Positions 21,786-35,465 of a stretch of 60,554 nt of DNA are shown here, piece after piece; positions within the stretch are counted from its first letter, which is position 1, and each line of letters begins with the position of its first letter. Location: positions 16,146,438-16,206,991 of the forward strand of contig NC_068991.1 in NCBI RefSeq assembly GCF_001194135.2, written 5' to 3'. The position numbers were made by a program, and so were the translations under genes. The notes under the pieces are model-generated. The model did not search any database and was not told the DNA's origin. It was given only the letters and a program-made list of their open reading frames with translations. This DNA is from Octopus bimaculoides. Taxonomy: Eukaryota.

Positions 21786-22222
21786 CTGTTATTTTTATTA
21801 TTATTACACCTGTGTGTGCTTTGTTATTAAGGCTGGAAAACATTAACCTTGTTTATTGAAAATTTTGGATCCGGGTTTGCACCCGCTATGTATATTTTAG
21901 TCACACACTAATGTCCAGAAATAAATCTTTCAAAAATGATGGTATCTGTTTATTTTACGAGATGTCTGTGTACACATATCAGCAATTAATTTATTTGCAA
22001 ATAGCAATCATTATATTATTCCTACTAATATTAGGAATCCCAAGACTTCATTAAGCTGATTGAACACATCAGGGAAAATTCTAAAGGACCTTTTAAAATT
22101 ATGCATAGTGTGCAAACAAAATTTTCAAGTTGCTTCAATGAATTTATGAGGATGAATCCCACAATAATAATGTGTGGATGTGTTTGTATAGTTAGAAGCC
22201 TAACTGGTAGACTAAACAATAT

Positions 22223-22597
22223 GTTGTTGGCATTCCGTGGCTTACGGACGTCGAGGGTTCCAGTTGATCCAATCAACAGAACAGCCTGCTCGTGAAATTA
22301 ACATGCAAGTGGCTGAGCACTCCACAGACATGTGTACTCTTAACGTAGTTCTCGGGGATATTCAGTGTGACAAGGCTGACCCTTTGAATTACAGGCACAA
22401 CAGAAACAGGAAGTAAGAGGGAGAGAAAGTTGTGCTGAAAGAGTACAGCAGGGTTCGCCACCATCCCTGCCAGAGCCTCGTGGAGCTTTAGGTGTTTTGG
22501 CTCAATAAACACTCACAACGCCCAGGTCTGGGAATCGAAACCGCGATCCTATGACCGCGAGTCCGCTGCCCTAACCACTGGGCCATTGCGCCTCCAC
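22223..22597 (-). mobile_element. SINE family B, full length
   Basis: 14-bp TSD agactaaacaatat (22209 / 22598). Confidence 0.92.
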
Positions 22598-24672
22598 AGA
22601 CTAAACAATATACAATTCTCTTTATATACAATTTCTTTGTGCATGCATGTGTGTATTATGAGGGGTGGCATCTTTAGTAACTGACAGTTTCCTTTTCTCT
22701 CTTCCTGAATTTCTTAATTGCCTCTGTGTACATACATTAATACATATGTATATATTTACACATACATGCATATACACACATATTTACATGTATGTACAGA
22801 AAAATAAACATGAATATACATATAAATACACGTGTATATACATCATTTAAACATCTGTCTTTAATACTAGCAAGGGTCAGATGGTTTGACAGGATCTAAC
22901 ATGGTAGAGGACTCTATTGTGCTGCAATGTCTGTTTTGACATGGTTTCTCTGGCAGGAAGCCCTTCCTCATTAGGGTGTAACGAGTGCTATTTTCATGAC
23001 ATGAGTACTGGTGAAGTCACCAAGTAACTCACAAGACAAAGAAGAGACCCTTGACTGAGTAGGGTTGGTGTAGAAGGGGAAATGATATTATGCAAGATGG
23101 TGGGGAGCTAAAGTAATGATAGAAGGACAGGCACAAGTGTCTTGCAATAGAAAAGATACATGGTTACCCTACAGTAAATAAGAGTGAGCACCAGTAGCTG
23201 GAAAGAAGACGAGGGTGACAATGAGAAATCAGACCATATTGTTGAGATTCATGAACATGTGTAAAGGAGAGAATATAGACGAACCGAAAGGGTGTGCGGA
23301 CACATTTCCATCATTGCTTTAACATCCACTTTTCAATGTTTGCATGGGTTAGATGGAATTTCTATAGCCAAATGCCCTTCCTGTCACTAACACTCACCTC
23401 TTTCCAAGGGAGATAATATTGTCCTATGCAGAGCCATATCCACAGATTACTGGAAATTAGGGAACACACACACACAAGGGAAAGGTTGATAGTGTTTTCA
23501 ATGTTTTGGCTCTGTTACCTCCACCAGATTGTCTGACAAAAGTAACTGAGCCAAAACTTCAAAGTCACACACACACTATATATATATATATATATNNNNN
23601 NNNNNNNNNNNNNNNNNNNNNNNNNNNNNNNNNNNNNNNNNNNNNNNNNNNNNNNNNNNNNNNNNNNNNNNNNNNNNNNNNNNNNNNNNNNNNNNNNNNN
23701 NNNNNNNNNNNNNNNNNNNNNNNNNNNNNNNNNNNNNNNNNNNNNNNNNNNNNNNNNNNNNNNNNNNNNNNNNNNNNNNNNNNNNNNNNNNNNNNNNNNN
23801 NNNNNNNNNNNNNNNNNNNNNNNNNNNNNNNNNNNNNNNNNNNNNNNNNNNNNNNNNNNNNNNNNNNNNNNNNNNNNNNNNNNNNNNNNNNNNNNNNNNN
23901 NNNNNNNNNNNNNNNNNNNNNNNNNNNNNNNNNNNNNNNNNNNNNNNNNNNNNNNNNNNNNNNNNNNNNNNNNNNNNNNNNNNNNNNNNNNNNNNNNNNN
24001 NNNNNNNNNNNNNNNNNNNNNNNNNNNNNNNNNNNNNNNNNNNNNNNNNNNNNNNNNNNNNNNNNNNNNNNNNNNNNNNNNNNNNNNNNNNNNNNNNNNN
24101 NNNNNNNNNNNNNNNNNNNNNNNNNNNNNNNNNNNNNNNNNNNNNNNNNNNNNNNNNNNNNNNNNNNNNNATACATATATATATATATACATATATACAA
24201 CGGGCTTCTTTCAGTTTCCATCTACCAAATCCACTCACAAGGCTTTGGTCGGCCCGAGGCTATAGTAGAAGACACTTGCCCAAGATGCCACGCAGTAGGA
24301 CTGAACCCGGGACCATGTGGTTGGTAAGCAAGCTACTTACCACACAGCCCCCATGTAATTTGCACACCTGTATAATTTAAGCAGGTGATTTTCAGGATAA
24401 AATTTGTTAAAAAAACAGCTTCTACTCATGTAAAATTTCTGTTTAAAAGGTATCACATTGAAAGTTATTAAATTACAAAATGTTTGTGTTGTTTATGGCT
24501 CTGCGGAGTTGTGGTTATGCTTAATCAATCGAATTGTCCTTTATGTTTGAAGTTGATGCGGTCATCTGACAAAAATGGTTTCTTTGCAATGATGTAATGT
24601 TTTCATTAATAATCAATTAAGAAGTCGCTTGAAAAGGCCGTAATGAATTGACACCTGTATTATTGTTACTCA

Positions 24673-24704
<32 letters not shown>

Positions 24705-26116
24705 GAAAGAAGGTTTGAAAATGCACTTAATTTTAAAAATATTTATTTACTTAACCGGTTTCACTTTTTTAGAAAAAGATTATCAAAAGTCTTTGAGAAT
24801 AATAAAAAATGTTAAAAAACAGTTTGAGTATTAAAATGCATATATACATTCTTTGATGATAAAATATATTTAAAGTATAAAGCTTTGTATGAACTTTGTA
24901 GTGTTACATACTGATTGTCACACATTCTCTGATATTAAGATGAAATTGTTAAAAACAGTGTATGAAAATACACATATGGAAAAATACATATACATATTCT
25001 TATACATATTCTTTGATAATNNNNNNNNNNNNNNNNNNNNNNNNNNNNNNNNNNNNNNNNNNNNNNNNNNNNNNNNNNNNNNNNNNNNNNNNNNNNNNNN
25101 NNNNNNNNNNNNNNNNNNNNNNNNNNNNNNNNNNNNNNNNNNNNNNNNNNNNNNNNNNNNNNNNNNNNNNNNNNNNNNNNNNNNNNNNNNNNNNNNNNNN
25201 NNNNNNNNNNNNNNNNNNNNNNNNNNNNNNNNNNNNNNNNNNNNNNNNNNNNNNNNNNNNNNNNNNNNNNNNNNNNNNNNNNNNNNNNNNNNNNNNNNNN
25301 NNNNNNNNNNNNNNNNNNNNNNNNNNNNNNNNNNNNNNNNNNNNNNNNNNNNNNNNNNNNNNNNNNNNNNNNNNNNNNNNNNNNNNNNNNNNNNNNNNNN
25401 NNNNNNNNNNNNNNNNNNNNNNNNNNNNNNNNNNNNNNNNNNNNNNNNNNNNNNNNNNNNNNNNNNNNNNNNNNNNNNNNNNNNNNNNNNNNNNNNNNNN
25501 NNNNNNNNNNNNNNNNNNNNNNNNNNNNNNNNNNNNNNNNNNNNNNNNNNNNNNNNNNNNNNNNNNNNNNNNNNNNNNNNNNNNNNNNNNNNNNNNNNNN
25601 NNNNNNNNNNNNNNNNNNNNNNNNNNNNNNNNNNNNNNNNNNNNNNNNNNNNNNNNNNNNNNNNNNNNNNNNNNNNNNNNNNNNNNNNATCTTATTTTTG
25701 TTTACTTTTCCGAAATGAATCAGATTTTTCTTTTCCTTTTATTAGATAAACATTTTTATTTTCAAGAATACTATTTATTAGTTAATTAGACGATGGTGCT
25801 GAGGAAACAAAGAAGAAAAAAAGCAGTACCTGCTATTAGTATCCTTATCTATAAATGTTGATTTGATGGCAGAATTCTGGCTTAAGCAACCCCATATAAC
25901 CCCTCGTAAATTTTTTATCTTTTGGAATTTTTAGAAAATGTTTGCATATGTGTAGTCTACACATTAGAATTCATGATTATGAAAAAAAAAATGTTTGTGT
26001 GTGATTTAAGGGCGATTTAGTTGTTATTTTTAGCACATCTGTCAATCACCCGATACCTTCCTTGTTTCTTTGTCACTGTAACATAAATTGATGTTTTTCT
26101 ATATTTTTCTCCTTAT

Positions 26117-26290
26117 AGGGCGGCAAGCTGTCAGAATCATTAGCACGCCAGGCAAAATGCTTAGCGGTATTTCGTCTGCTGTTACGTTCTGAGTTCAAAT
26201 TCCGTCGAGGTCGACTTTGCCTTTCATCCTCTGGGGGTCAATTAAATAAGTACAAGTTACACACTGGGTCGATGTAATCGACTTAATCCC
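26117..26290 (+). mobile_element. SINE family C, well preserved head
   Basis: agggcggcaagctgtcagaatcattagcacgccaggc...gttctgagttcaaattccgtcgaggtcgactttgcctttcatcc. Confidence 0.85.
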
Positions 26291-27019
26291 TTTGTTTATC
26301 CTTGTTTGTCCCCTCTATGTTTAGCTCCCGGTGGGCAATAAAGAAATATTTTTCTCCCCATAAATACATTTAATAGAATGATGATGCACCCAAGGGAGGT
26401 CCATTGCTGGGGATTTAAGCAAAAAAATACCACAAAGCATTCTTTCGACATTTCTAATGATACTGCTCTCCGCCGGTAAACATGAGGGCGGTATAATGAC
26501 TCTTTCTACTGTAGGTACAAGGATAAAAGTCGAACTCGACCTCGGCAGAATTTGAATCTAGAACAATAATATGCCGAATGAAATGCCGCTCAGCATTTTG
26601 TCCGGTGTGCTGATGATTCTGTCAGTCCATCGCCCTTTTTATCAGTAATAATATAACCTACTTTTAAGCATTTAGGATAAACAAGTTATTTTTGTATATT
26701 CGCCACTATTGTTGGTCACATTTGAATTAATAGGCACGTGTAGACACACACACACACACACACACACGCATGAAAGACAGTGGCATTCTTTTGATTAATT
26801 CAGCTTAAGGTTTACCACACACATGCGCACATACATCTATTTAGCGACAGTGGTATTCCCTATTATTGTTGGTGTCATTTTAATTAACATAGCTTTGGTC
26901 AAAGATTACCACACCCACACATACATACATAAACCAGCTGTTTAACAAAAGCATTGCCTTGATTCGGTAACCCCACCCTAACCCTAACCCCCACCGCACT
27001 CAAGGACGACTGAACTGAC

Positions 27020-27960
27020 CTTAGTGAATGTGCAATGACGTTTATCTGTTGAGAGGAAGATAGAAAGCAAAAATAGAACGTGTAACGGAAGAGGTAGGAG
27101 AAAAAAAAAGTAAGAAGAAAAGCGTTAGAAACAGAAAGAATACGTGTCGAAAAAGAAGACATCAGAAAAAAAAAAGTAAAAGACGAAATAATAGCTCGTT
27201 TGTTGTAGAGCAATGTGTAGAAATTAGGGTAAAAATGCAGTTCGTGTGACTGAAATACACGTGAGCAAATGGTGCGCGTTGGCACGTATGTACTTGTGAG
27301 TTTGCGTGTGTATTTTTGTGTATGTGGCTGAATTTGTGTATATGTGTCAGTGAGGATGTGGGGACGGCCGTTTGATGGCGAAGTTGGTATGATAAAGAGT
27401 GTCGTGCCGTGGCTCTTTGCAATAGAATGGCGGGAATTATCGACATATATACACACACACACACACACATATATAAGGAGAGAAGAAGGATCAAAATATA
27501 TTATCTATTTATTATCTCTAGCAGTGACAGAGTGGCTTTACAATTTCCAGGAATTCTGATAAGTAATTCTCTTGTAATAGCGATGAGTCGAAAGGAAACG
27601 GGGTCGAAATAAGCCGATTATTATTTAAACCCTGGCCACAAGCAGGCCTCTACGTAATTACTCCACTTAGCAGATATAGCAGTCAAATCGCTCTTGAGCC
27701 ACACACACACACACACACCACTCTCTCTTTATCACCAGGAAAATGACACATAAGATAATGTAGTCAGGGATATACAAAGAGAAAGTGGGCGATCTCGACT
27801 CGATTACAGGGTTAACAAGCTCTGAGGTGTTTTCTTTCCCCCCTTCATACACACTAATAGCTCTGTAGAGGAGCATGAAGCCGCCCTTCCTCATCTGACT
27901 AAGCAATAGACCCCCCGTCGTCACGCGCTACGCTAGGCCAGTTTAAAAGGAATTCTTATG
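27020..27960 (-). promoter_or_regulatory. CpG-rich candidate promoter / non-coding first exon
   Basis: Local CpG enrichment, E-box CACGTG (~27258), GC-rich elements near 27880-27935, and a consensus minus-strand donor AAG|GTCAGT at 27019. No transcript evidence. Confidence 0.4.
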
Positions 27961-28404
27961 CAGGAGATAATCGATGTGGTTGGAAAGGAATTTTTTATAC
28001 AGGATATAATCAATGTAGAACTACAGGACAGCTGATTTTGCTAGAATTCTGATTGGTGATTTCTCAGTACTTACAAACAAATCACGTTTTGCCAATAACC
28101 TGAAGTTATAAAATAGCTAGTCATTCAAAATATAGATTTAAGAAAACTACTCTTAGTCATTTTTCTCATGGTTTAATTGTTTTTAGTGAAAAGGAGGAAA
28201 TTAATAATGTTATGTATGGGTAAAAAAGGATAGCTTAAACTTTTTGATAAACCCTGCCTTACATTAATACTAATTTAAGGCAATATATATTTTCAAATAT
28301 GTATATAGGTGCAGGCGCGGCCCTGGTGAGAAGCTTGCTTCCCTACCACATGGTTTCAGGTTCAGTCCCACTGCATGGCACCTTGGGTAAGTCTCTTCTA
28401 CTAT

Positions 28405-28781
28405 GTTGTTGTTGGCACTCCGTCGCTTATGACGTCGAGGGTTCCAGTTGATCCGATCAACGAAACAGCCTGCTCATGAAATTAACGTGCAAGTGGTTGA
28501 GCACTCTACCAACACATGTACCCTCAACGTAGTTCTCGGGAATATTCAGCGTGACAGTGTGACAAGGCTGACCCTTTGAATTACAGGCACAACAGAAACA
28601 GGAAGTAAGAGGGAGAGAAAGTTGTGGTGAAAGAGTACAGCAGGGTTCGCCACCATCCCCTGCCGGAGCCTCGTGGAGCTTTAGGTGTTTTCGCTCAATA
28701 AACACTCACAACACCCGGTCTGGGAATCGAAACTGCGATCCTATGACCGCGAGTCCGCTGCCCTAACCACTGGGCCTCCAC
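28405..28781 (-). mobile_element. SINE family B inserted into a family A SINE (28305-29065)
   Basis: 12-bp TSD ctcttctactat (28393 / 28782) lies inside the A core; small deletion at the B 5' end. Confidence 0.9.
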
Positions 28782-31700
28782 CTCTTCTACTATAGCCTTG
28801 GGCCAACCAAAGCCTTGTGAGTGGATCTGGCAGACGGAAACTGAGAGAAACCAGTCGTGTGTGTGTGCATGCGTGTGCTTGTGTGTGTGTCTGTGTTTGT
28901 CCTCCTTCCACTGCTTGAGAACTGGTGTTGGTGTGTTTACGTTCTCAGTTCAGTAAAAATGACTGATAGTCTTTAAAAAAGAAGTCCTGGGGTCGATTCG
29001 TTTGGCTAAAACCGTTTAAGGCAGTACCCCAGCATGGCCGCAGTCTAATGACTGAAAATAGTAAAGATATAAGATATGATTTTGGAGATGCTAATTGCGG
29101 TGAACGTATAAATTCTAAGTTTGAAACATAAAATAAGATAAGGAGGAAAACGGGTGAGTTAGTGAAGAAGAGCAATCATTGTAAGAGATAGAGGGGAGAG
29201 AGAGAGAGGAAAGTGACATAAGGGTGTTTTTGTTCTTCTTTTACCCATTAAAAAATAAATAAATAAAAGCTGCTAAAACATGCAGAAATTAGCAAGAACT
29301 ACTGTAGGTATGTGGGCAGAGAAGTAATTGTTGTACCATGTGAGATGGCAGAAAGATGTGTGTGTGTGTGTATGTGTTTTGGGCTGAAGTTGTTATTTTA
29401 AAAACAAGTTTAAAAGCAACAACAACAGAACATTCACCGACTGGGGAACTCAATACTTGGTGTAGAGTCAACTTTAAAATATAAATTCGTTTTTAGAGTG
29501 AAACTTGAAATTTCACCAAACAATTTATTCAACTGGTTCAGCACATTGAACAAGCCATAAGGCGAAACTGAAAAGTCACAGTCAAAAGGGATTTTATAAA
29601 ATCTGTATGTGTGCACATACTTACGAGCACGCGTGCGCTTTTTGTAGATAAAACTAATATGTATCATGCATGGAATTTTCCACCCATAACCCTTTAGCAT
29701 TCAAGGGAGAGAGATCAAGAATGACCATATTAGAAATGTCTCTGAAAGCAAGTTATGCAGGATTGGAGTTAGATCAAATGGTTCGATATTTTCTATCATC
29801 TTGTTACCCTACTCCTGTTGAAATATACTGTCTTTTATGTACTACACTTAACATATATATTGATAGAAAGGACAACAAAAGAAAGAAAGAGACCTCGATA
29901 TTTTGTAAATAGAGGAATTTATCTGTAAAAATATGTGACATTTATTCGGTAGCCATGATAAAACTCAGTTTCGGATGCCGGGGCAGAAACCCACGCTTGT
30001 CCCAGCAGGGCCTAGCAAGAACACCAGCTGCATTTCAGCCTTTTTGAACCTTCTCAATGACATGTACTCACTGCCACATGTCTAGATGAAATTTTTTGCC
30101 CCCAACAAATAGGAATCAATGAATAACTCAGACACTGATTTTGCAAACAGCTAACAGGCTGAATTAAAACTCAGTGTGCACAATTGAAACAGTGTTAAAT
30201 AAATTAGAACAGCAATCTATGTTACATACTTAATCTATGTACACTGTTGATATGCAAGACCCTGTGACTTTTGTTTTCATTAATTTTGAAAATAATAAAA
30301 AGTTCAGTAAAATAGCATTGTCTTTATTAAGCTGGTGTTTGGAAATTAATTTAACATGAAATTTAAATGAAAGGTTTTAATTTTGATCACTTTAAAACAG
30401 TGAATTCGTATCAAAAGGATTTATCTTGCCTCAAATTCTAGTAAACAGTCATCTCACATTTTCCAGTCAAACTTCAATTTTCTAAAGGATTACCTTTTGT
30501 AAAACTGTGCAAACATTAAATGTATCAACTACCACCAAAACTGGTCACCACTAATGTTCCCTCAAATTCTATATGATTATATTTAAGTGACAATCAAATA
30601 TTGTTGTATATAGTTATATCCTTTGTAAAGCTGTGCCAACATTTATAATACTTATTCAACTAACATTCTCTCAGATTCAAGTGTTTATATTTAAGTGACA
30701 AAGCTCTGTTGTTAACAATCACACCTCTTGTATTAAGCTGCGCTGGCCTGGCCGGCTTTCACTATATTCACACTACCATGGCTTATATAGGTGTCTTTAA
30801 TTTTAGTGAATACATTTTGGTGACAAAGCTCTGTTGTACACCTGTGCAGACACTGTCAGCTTTATATTGACTCTAAACCACCATAGTCACCTTGTTTGAA
30901 AATATAAGGACACAGATTGTGTCTTGTAGCCAGCTGGAGACGATGTCCTAAACCAGGACTGCCATGTTATGTTGGCAAAAATCTTTACTCTAAAGTATTG
31001 TTGCTGAATATCTCTCGTGGCATTTAAAATTAGTAATTTTATAATTTATAGATCAGTGACTAGTTGTCACTTTGAAAACTATATAGTTCGAACGGGAATT
31101 TGGCAGCGCCACCTCTAGCTGAACAATTACTCTCTGCTGATGAAGGGAAATAACGCGATACACAGATATTGTTTTGAGCTGAGTGGGGGTGCTAGATTCC
31201 CTTGTTCGAAAATATAAGAACACAGATCATGTCGCATAGCCAGCTGGAGATGATGTCTCCTGGAGCTAAATTACAGCAACATTCGTCCTAAACCAGGACT
31301 GCCATGTCATGTTGGCAAAAATCTTTACTCCAAAATACTGTTGCTGAATATCTTTCAGTGTGATATTTAAAAATAGTAATTTTCTAACCTTCAATCATCA
31401 TCATCATTTAACGTCCATTTTCCTTGCTGGCATGGGTTAATCTTTTATTAAATTCTAATGAATATATTTAACTTTTTAGCATTTAATTTAAACAAGCAAT
31501 ATCCAGTCAAAATAATCTACTTGCTTTATCTTCAAACTGGCCAGACTTACCTACAATATCATTTTAATCACACTTACCCTACAATATTATTTTACTCATA
31601 AACAATCACACTTTTAAAATCTCAGAGCTACAAAGTAATGCATGATTAATTCATATCAATATGACTAAATAAGTATTACATTTGACAGAGAAATCTGAAT

Positions 31701-31928
31701 ACTAAAGGCTTAATCGATAAACCTTAGTGGTCTTTAGTAACAACTTTTTGTTAAAGCTTTCAAATACGTCTTTATTAAGCATTTTATCACATTTCTGTTG
31801 AAACACAGGCTTTGTTCCAGTAAATTTTGAAAATAAATGATTAGTAAAATAACTTTGTCATTATCAAATTGGTGTTTAAAACATAAATTAACATGAAGTT
31901 TTGATGGAAGGTTTTAATCTAGGTCAGT

Positions 31929-32470
31929 TTAACTCTTTAGTGTTTAAATTGGTCATATCCGGCTCATGTATGCTACTTGTTTATACTCTAGCCTGCCAGA
32001 TCCAGCCTGTCACATCTTTCTTTCAATGCTATTATAAAATACACAATCATCATTATCATCATCATTCGTTTAACGTCCGCTTTCCATGCAAGCATGGGTT
32101 GGACGATTTGACAGAGGACTGGCGAGCCAGATGGCTGCACCAGGCTCCAATCTGATCTGGCAGAGTTTCTACAACTGGATGCCCTTCCTAATGCCAACCA
32201 CTCCGAGAGTGTAGTAGGTGCTTTTACGTACCACCGGCACGAGGGCCAGTCAGGCAGTACTGGCAATGGCCACACTCAAATGGTGTTTTTTACGTGCTAC
32301 CTGCACAGGAACCAGTCCAGCAGCACTGGCAACGACCTCGCTCGAATGTTTTTTCATATGCCACCGGCACAAGTGCCAGTAAGGCAACACTGGTAAGCAT
32401 GATTAATTAAAAATAATGTGAATGAAAAATCATTACATTTGACAGAATAATGTGAATGCTAAAGGGTTAA
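31929..32470. mobile_element. E1 TTAA-MITE containing a family D insertion (32055-32395), itself inside an E2 MITE
   Basis: TTAA|ctctttagtg ... gaatgctaaaggg|TTAA; the flanks rejoin as ggtcagt-TTAA-aacagg. Confidence 0.8.
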
Positions 32471-32725
32471 AACAGGAAGTTAGTATCATAGTATCAGGGG
32501 TAGTCTTGGGCAGGTTGGTACCAAAAGGGCTGATAAAAAAAAAAGGCAGTGAATTGGCAAAGTGTGTTAGAGCATTGGACGGATCTTTTTTAAAACGGGG
32601 TCCACATTTTTCATTAACGAAACACTTTGAAACTTGGAACACTGGTAGAATGTGTCATATAAAACATCTTTTTCTCTTAATCTTCTTAAAAAAAAAAGAA
32701 ATCCATAACTTATTCCATGTTAAAG

Positions 32726-33004
32726 TTGTCGTATTTCTGTAATTTCAACCAATCACTGACATCCATTCAGCCGATATACATTAAGTGCCAACTACATAAA
32801 CAAACGATTCTGAAACAATTAACCCTAACCCTAACCCCAGGGTTAGGGTTAGAGTTAGGGTTAAAGCAAATTTAAAATGAAAAAAGCAAATAAAACGAAG
32901 TTATGGAGATTAAATACGCTTTACATCGCTTAATCAGCCAAAGGAGTAAATGTAAACAACTGAATACTTGTCAGTGATTCGTTGAAATTATCGAAATAAG
33001 ACAA
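32726..33004. mobile_element. foldback/MITE-like element with ~36-bp inverted ends and a central telomere-like hairpin
   Basis: ttgtcgtatttctgtaatttcaaccaatcactgaca / tgtcagtgattcgttgaaattatcgaaataagacaa; (CCCTAA)n-ca-(GGGTTA)n at 32820-32863. Confidence 0.7.
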
Positions 33005-34038
33005 TTTTTTACATGAAATAAATTCGAATACAAAACTATTTTTCTGTTCTATAACACAAAATAGATAAGTATACGAAGTTTAAAAGTCTTTCGGTACCAA
33101 AAACACTACGTAAAACATTAATGAAAAATGTGGCCCCCATTTTAAAATAGATCCCATTGGACTACTTCACGGTATTTGTTCCAACTCTCTACACCCTCAG
33201 TTCAAATCCTGCTAAGGTCAACTCTGCTTTGCATTCTTTCAAGGTTGATTAAAAGTACCAGTTCATGACAGTAGATTGTCCGAACTGTTAGAGGGTTGGG
33301 TAAGATACCTTGTGGTATCTGTTCTGGATTTTTGCATTCTGACAGCAACGCCTGCAACAACACTGGCACCAAGTTATATTGGCTCAAGTCGGTGCCTTCC
33401 TTGTAGATAAACATTGGTAGGGTAGAAACAAGAAACATGTGAAACTTTCCCCATACATGTGTACATATTTGTATGTATCTTTTATCTTTTACTTGTTTCA
33501 GTCATTTAATACCGGGGACGCCACCTTGAATCAAATGAATCAACCCCAGTGCTTTTTTTTTAAAATTATTTATTTACTTATTTATGTCTTGTACTTATTC
33601 TATCATTCTTTTGCCAAACCACTAAGGCATGGGAATAAAAAAAGTGACCAACAAGCCTCTACAGAGACTCGAACCTTGGACCTCTGAAATTTTGGCTAAG
33701 TGCTCTGTACCATTGTATAGGAGCAGGCTTAGCTGTGTGGTAAGAAGGTTACTTCCCAACCACATGGTTCTGGATTCAGTTCCACTGCACGGCACCTTGG
33801 GTAAGTCTATTCTACTGGTAGATGGAAACTGAAAGAAGCCCATTATGTATATATATATATATATAAGCGTCCAATAACATTTGTTCCACATCCTTGCGTT
33901 GTTTTTTCTTGCTTGTTTTTGTTCGGATTGACTACATATATATATATATTCACCATTACACTAGTTTTAATAATCAATGTAAATACACATACACAAACAT
34001 GCATAGGCAACAAACCTCCATTCTACACAGTTAGAATG

Positions 34039-34073
<35 letters not shown>

Positions 34074-34924
34074 GGTTTTTAGAAAGTGTCCTCATTCAAA
34101 CAATTTCAACAAACCATTGAAAAAAAAATAACTCCTATGTGACTGCTCAGCCAACTAGAAATAGTAGCCAGGTCTCACCCAAATCACATCCTACTATTTT
34201 AATAGAAACGTCAAAAAAGGAAGGACACATTGGACAATATGGAGCAATATATACCTCTACGCCAGTGATTAAAGATGGGATGGTCATGGCCGGAACATTT
34301 TTAATCATCGGGCCTACTGGATCAGAGCCAAATATGTTGGTGACTAAGCAACAGACAATAGCCATAGCAACAATTGCACTCTGAGTCCTGGCAGATAAAT
34401 TTTACGAACTGAAAAGCTTATCTTTTCTTTTTTATCAGTGAAACACACAAGATATAAAATGGACACATTCATTTTATTTTCGTTTTTTACCAGTGCAAGC
34501 AAAGGTTAAATGAGAAGGTATTTGAGGTAGTTTTTTTTTGTTTTTTACAGCCAGATGTTCTTACTGCAACTAACTTTCAGCTGTTTTTCAAGTTTTCAGG
34601 TTAAGAAATTTTGATTCCATAGAAATTCACAAATGCAAAGCCAGTATATAATATGATTTGTTGACAGGATATGTCAATATCACTAAGCACAGCACAACTG
34701 TATGTACATACACACATGTACATTAGTGTGTGTGTATCTATGTTATACTTAAGTATTATAATAGGTGCAAGTATGTGGCTGAGTGGTTAAGAGGTCCACT
34801 TCCCAACCATGTTGGTCTGAGTTCAATCTTACTGCATAGCACATTTGGTAAGTATCTTCTACCAACCTAAGGTTGACCAATGCCTTGTGAGTGGATTTGG
34901 TAGGTATAAACTGGAAGAACGATA

Positions 34925-34968
<44 letters not shown>

Positions 34969-34977
34969 GTCAATGTG

Positions 34978-35465
34978 CATACTCGACAGAGTGTAAGTAC
35001 CTTGAGAGAAAAGTTGGACCTAAGAAGCATCAGATGTGGTGTGCAAGAGAGACAATTGCGCTGGTATGGTCATGTGGCGAGAATGGATAAGGATAGCTGT
35101 GTGAAAAAGTGCCATACCCTAGCGCTTGAGAGAACCTGTAGAAGAGGTAGACCTGGGATGAGGTGGTGAAGCACAACCTTTGAACATTAGGCCTCATAGA
35201 GGCAATGGCCAGTGACTGAGGCCTTTGGAAATATGCTGTGCATGAGAAGACCCAGCAAGCCAAGTGAGACCATAACTCATGGCCTATGACAGGGGTGTAA
35301 CCAGCCCACTTATGTGTACCTTTCCTTCATTGGACACTAAACTCTGCTTGCAAAGACCTGTTGAGGTAAGTGAAATCGAAATCAAATCAAATTCACAAAT
35401 TCGATGACTGGCACCCATGCCGGTGGAGCGCAAAGAGCACCATCCGAGTGTGATCGTTGCCAGAG
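34978..35465 (+). mobile_element. RTE-clade LINE 3' fragment
   Basis: RQSVSTLREKLDLRSIRCGVQERQLRWYGHVARMDKDSCVKKCHTLALERTCRRGRPGMRW carries the RTE-type LRWYGHVxRM...RGRP signature. Confidence 0.88.

Noticed and set aside
26977-26992. Interstitial telomere
   Set aside because: Only about 2 CCCTAA units; expected by chance.
26899-27494. 189-aa and 110-aa minus-strand ORFs
   Set aside because: Low-complexity His/Thr/Phe-rich composition from (CA)n and T-runs; more like UTR or promoter sequence.
29434-29575. Possible exon VSPYGLFNVLNQLNKLFGEISSF...
   Set aside because: Plausible splice signals, but no recognisable homology or partner exons; not called as CDS.
31105-31125. CTCF-like motif (AGGTGGCGC core)
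   Set aside because: Only the 3' half of the consensus matches; a single instance.
33262-33420. Possible exon EGTDLSQYNLVPVLLQALLSECKNPEQIPQ and a ggcacc/ggtgcc hairpin
   Set aside because: Half overlaps a degenerate SINE C head, the peptide is unrecognised, and the hairpin is short enough to be chance.
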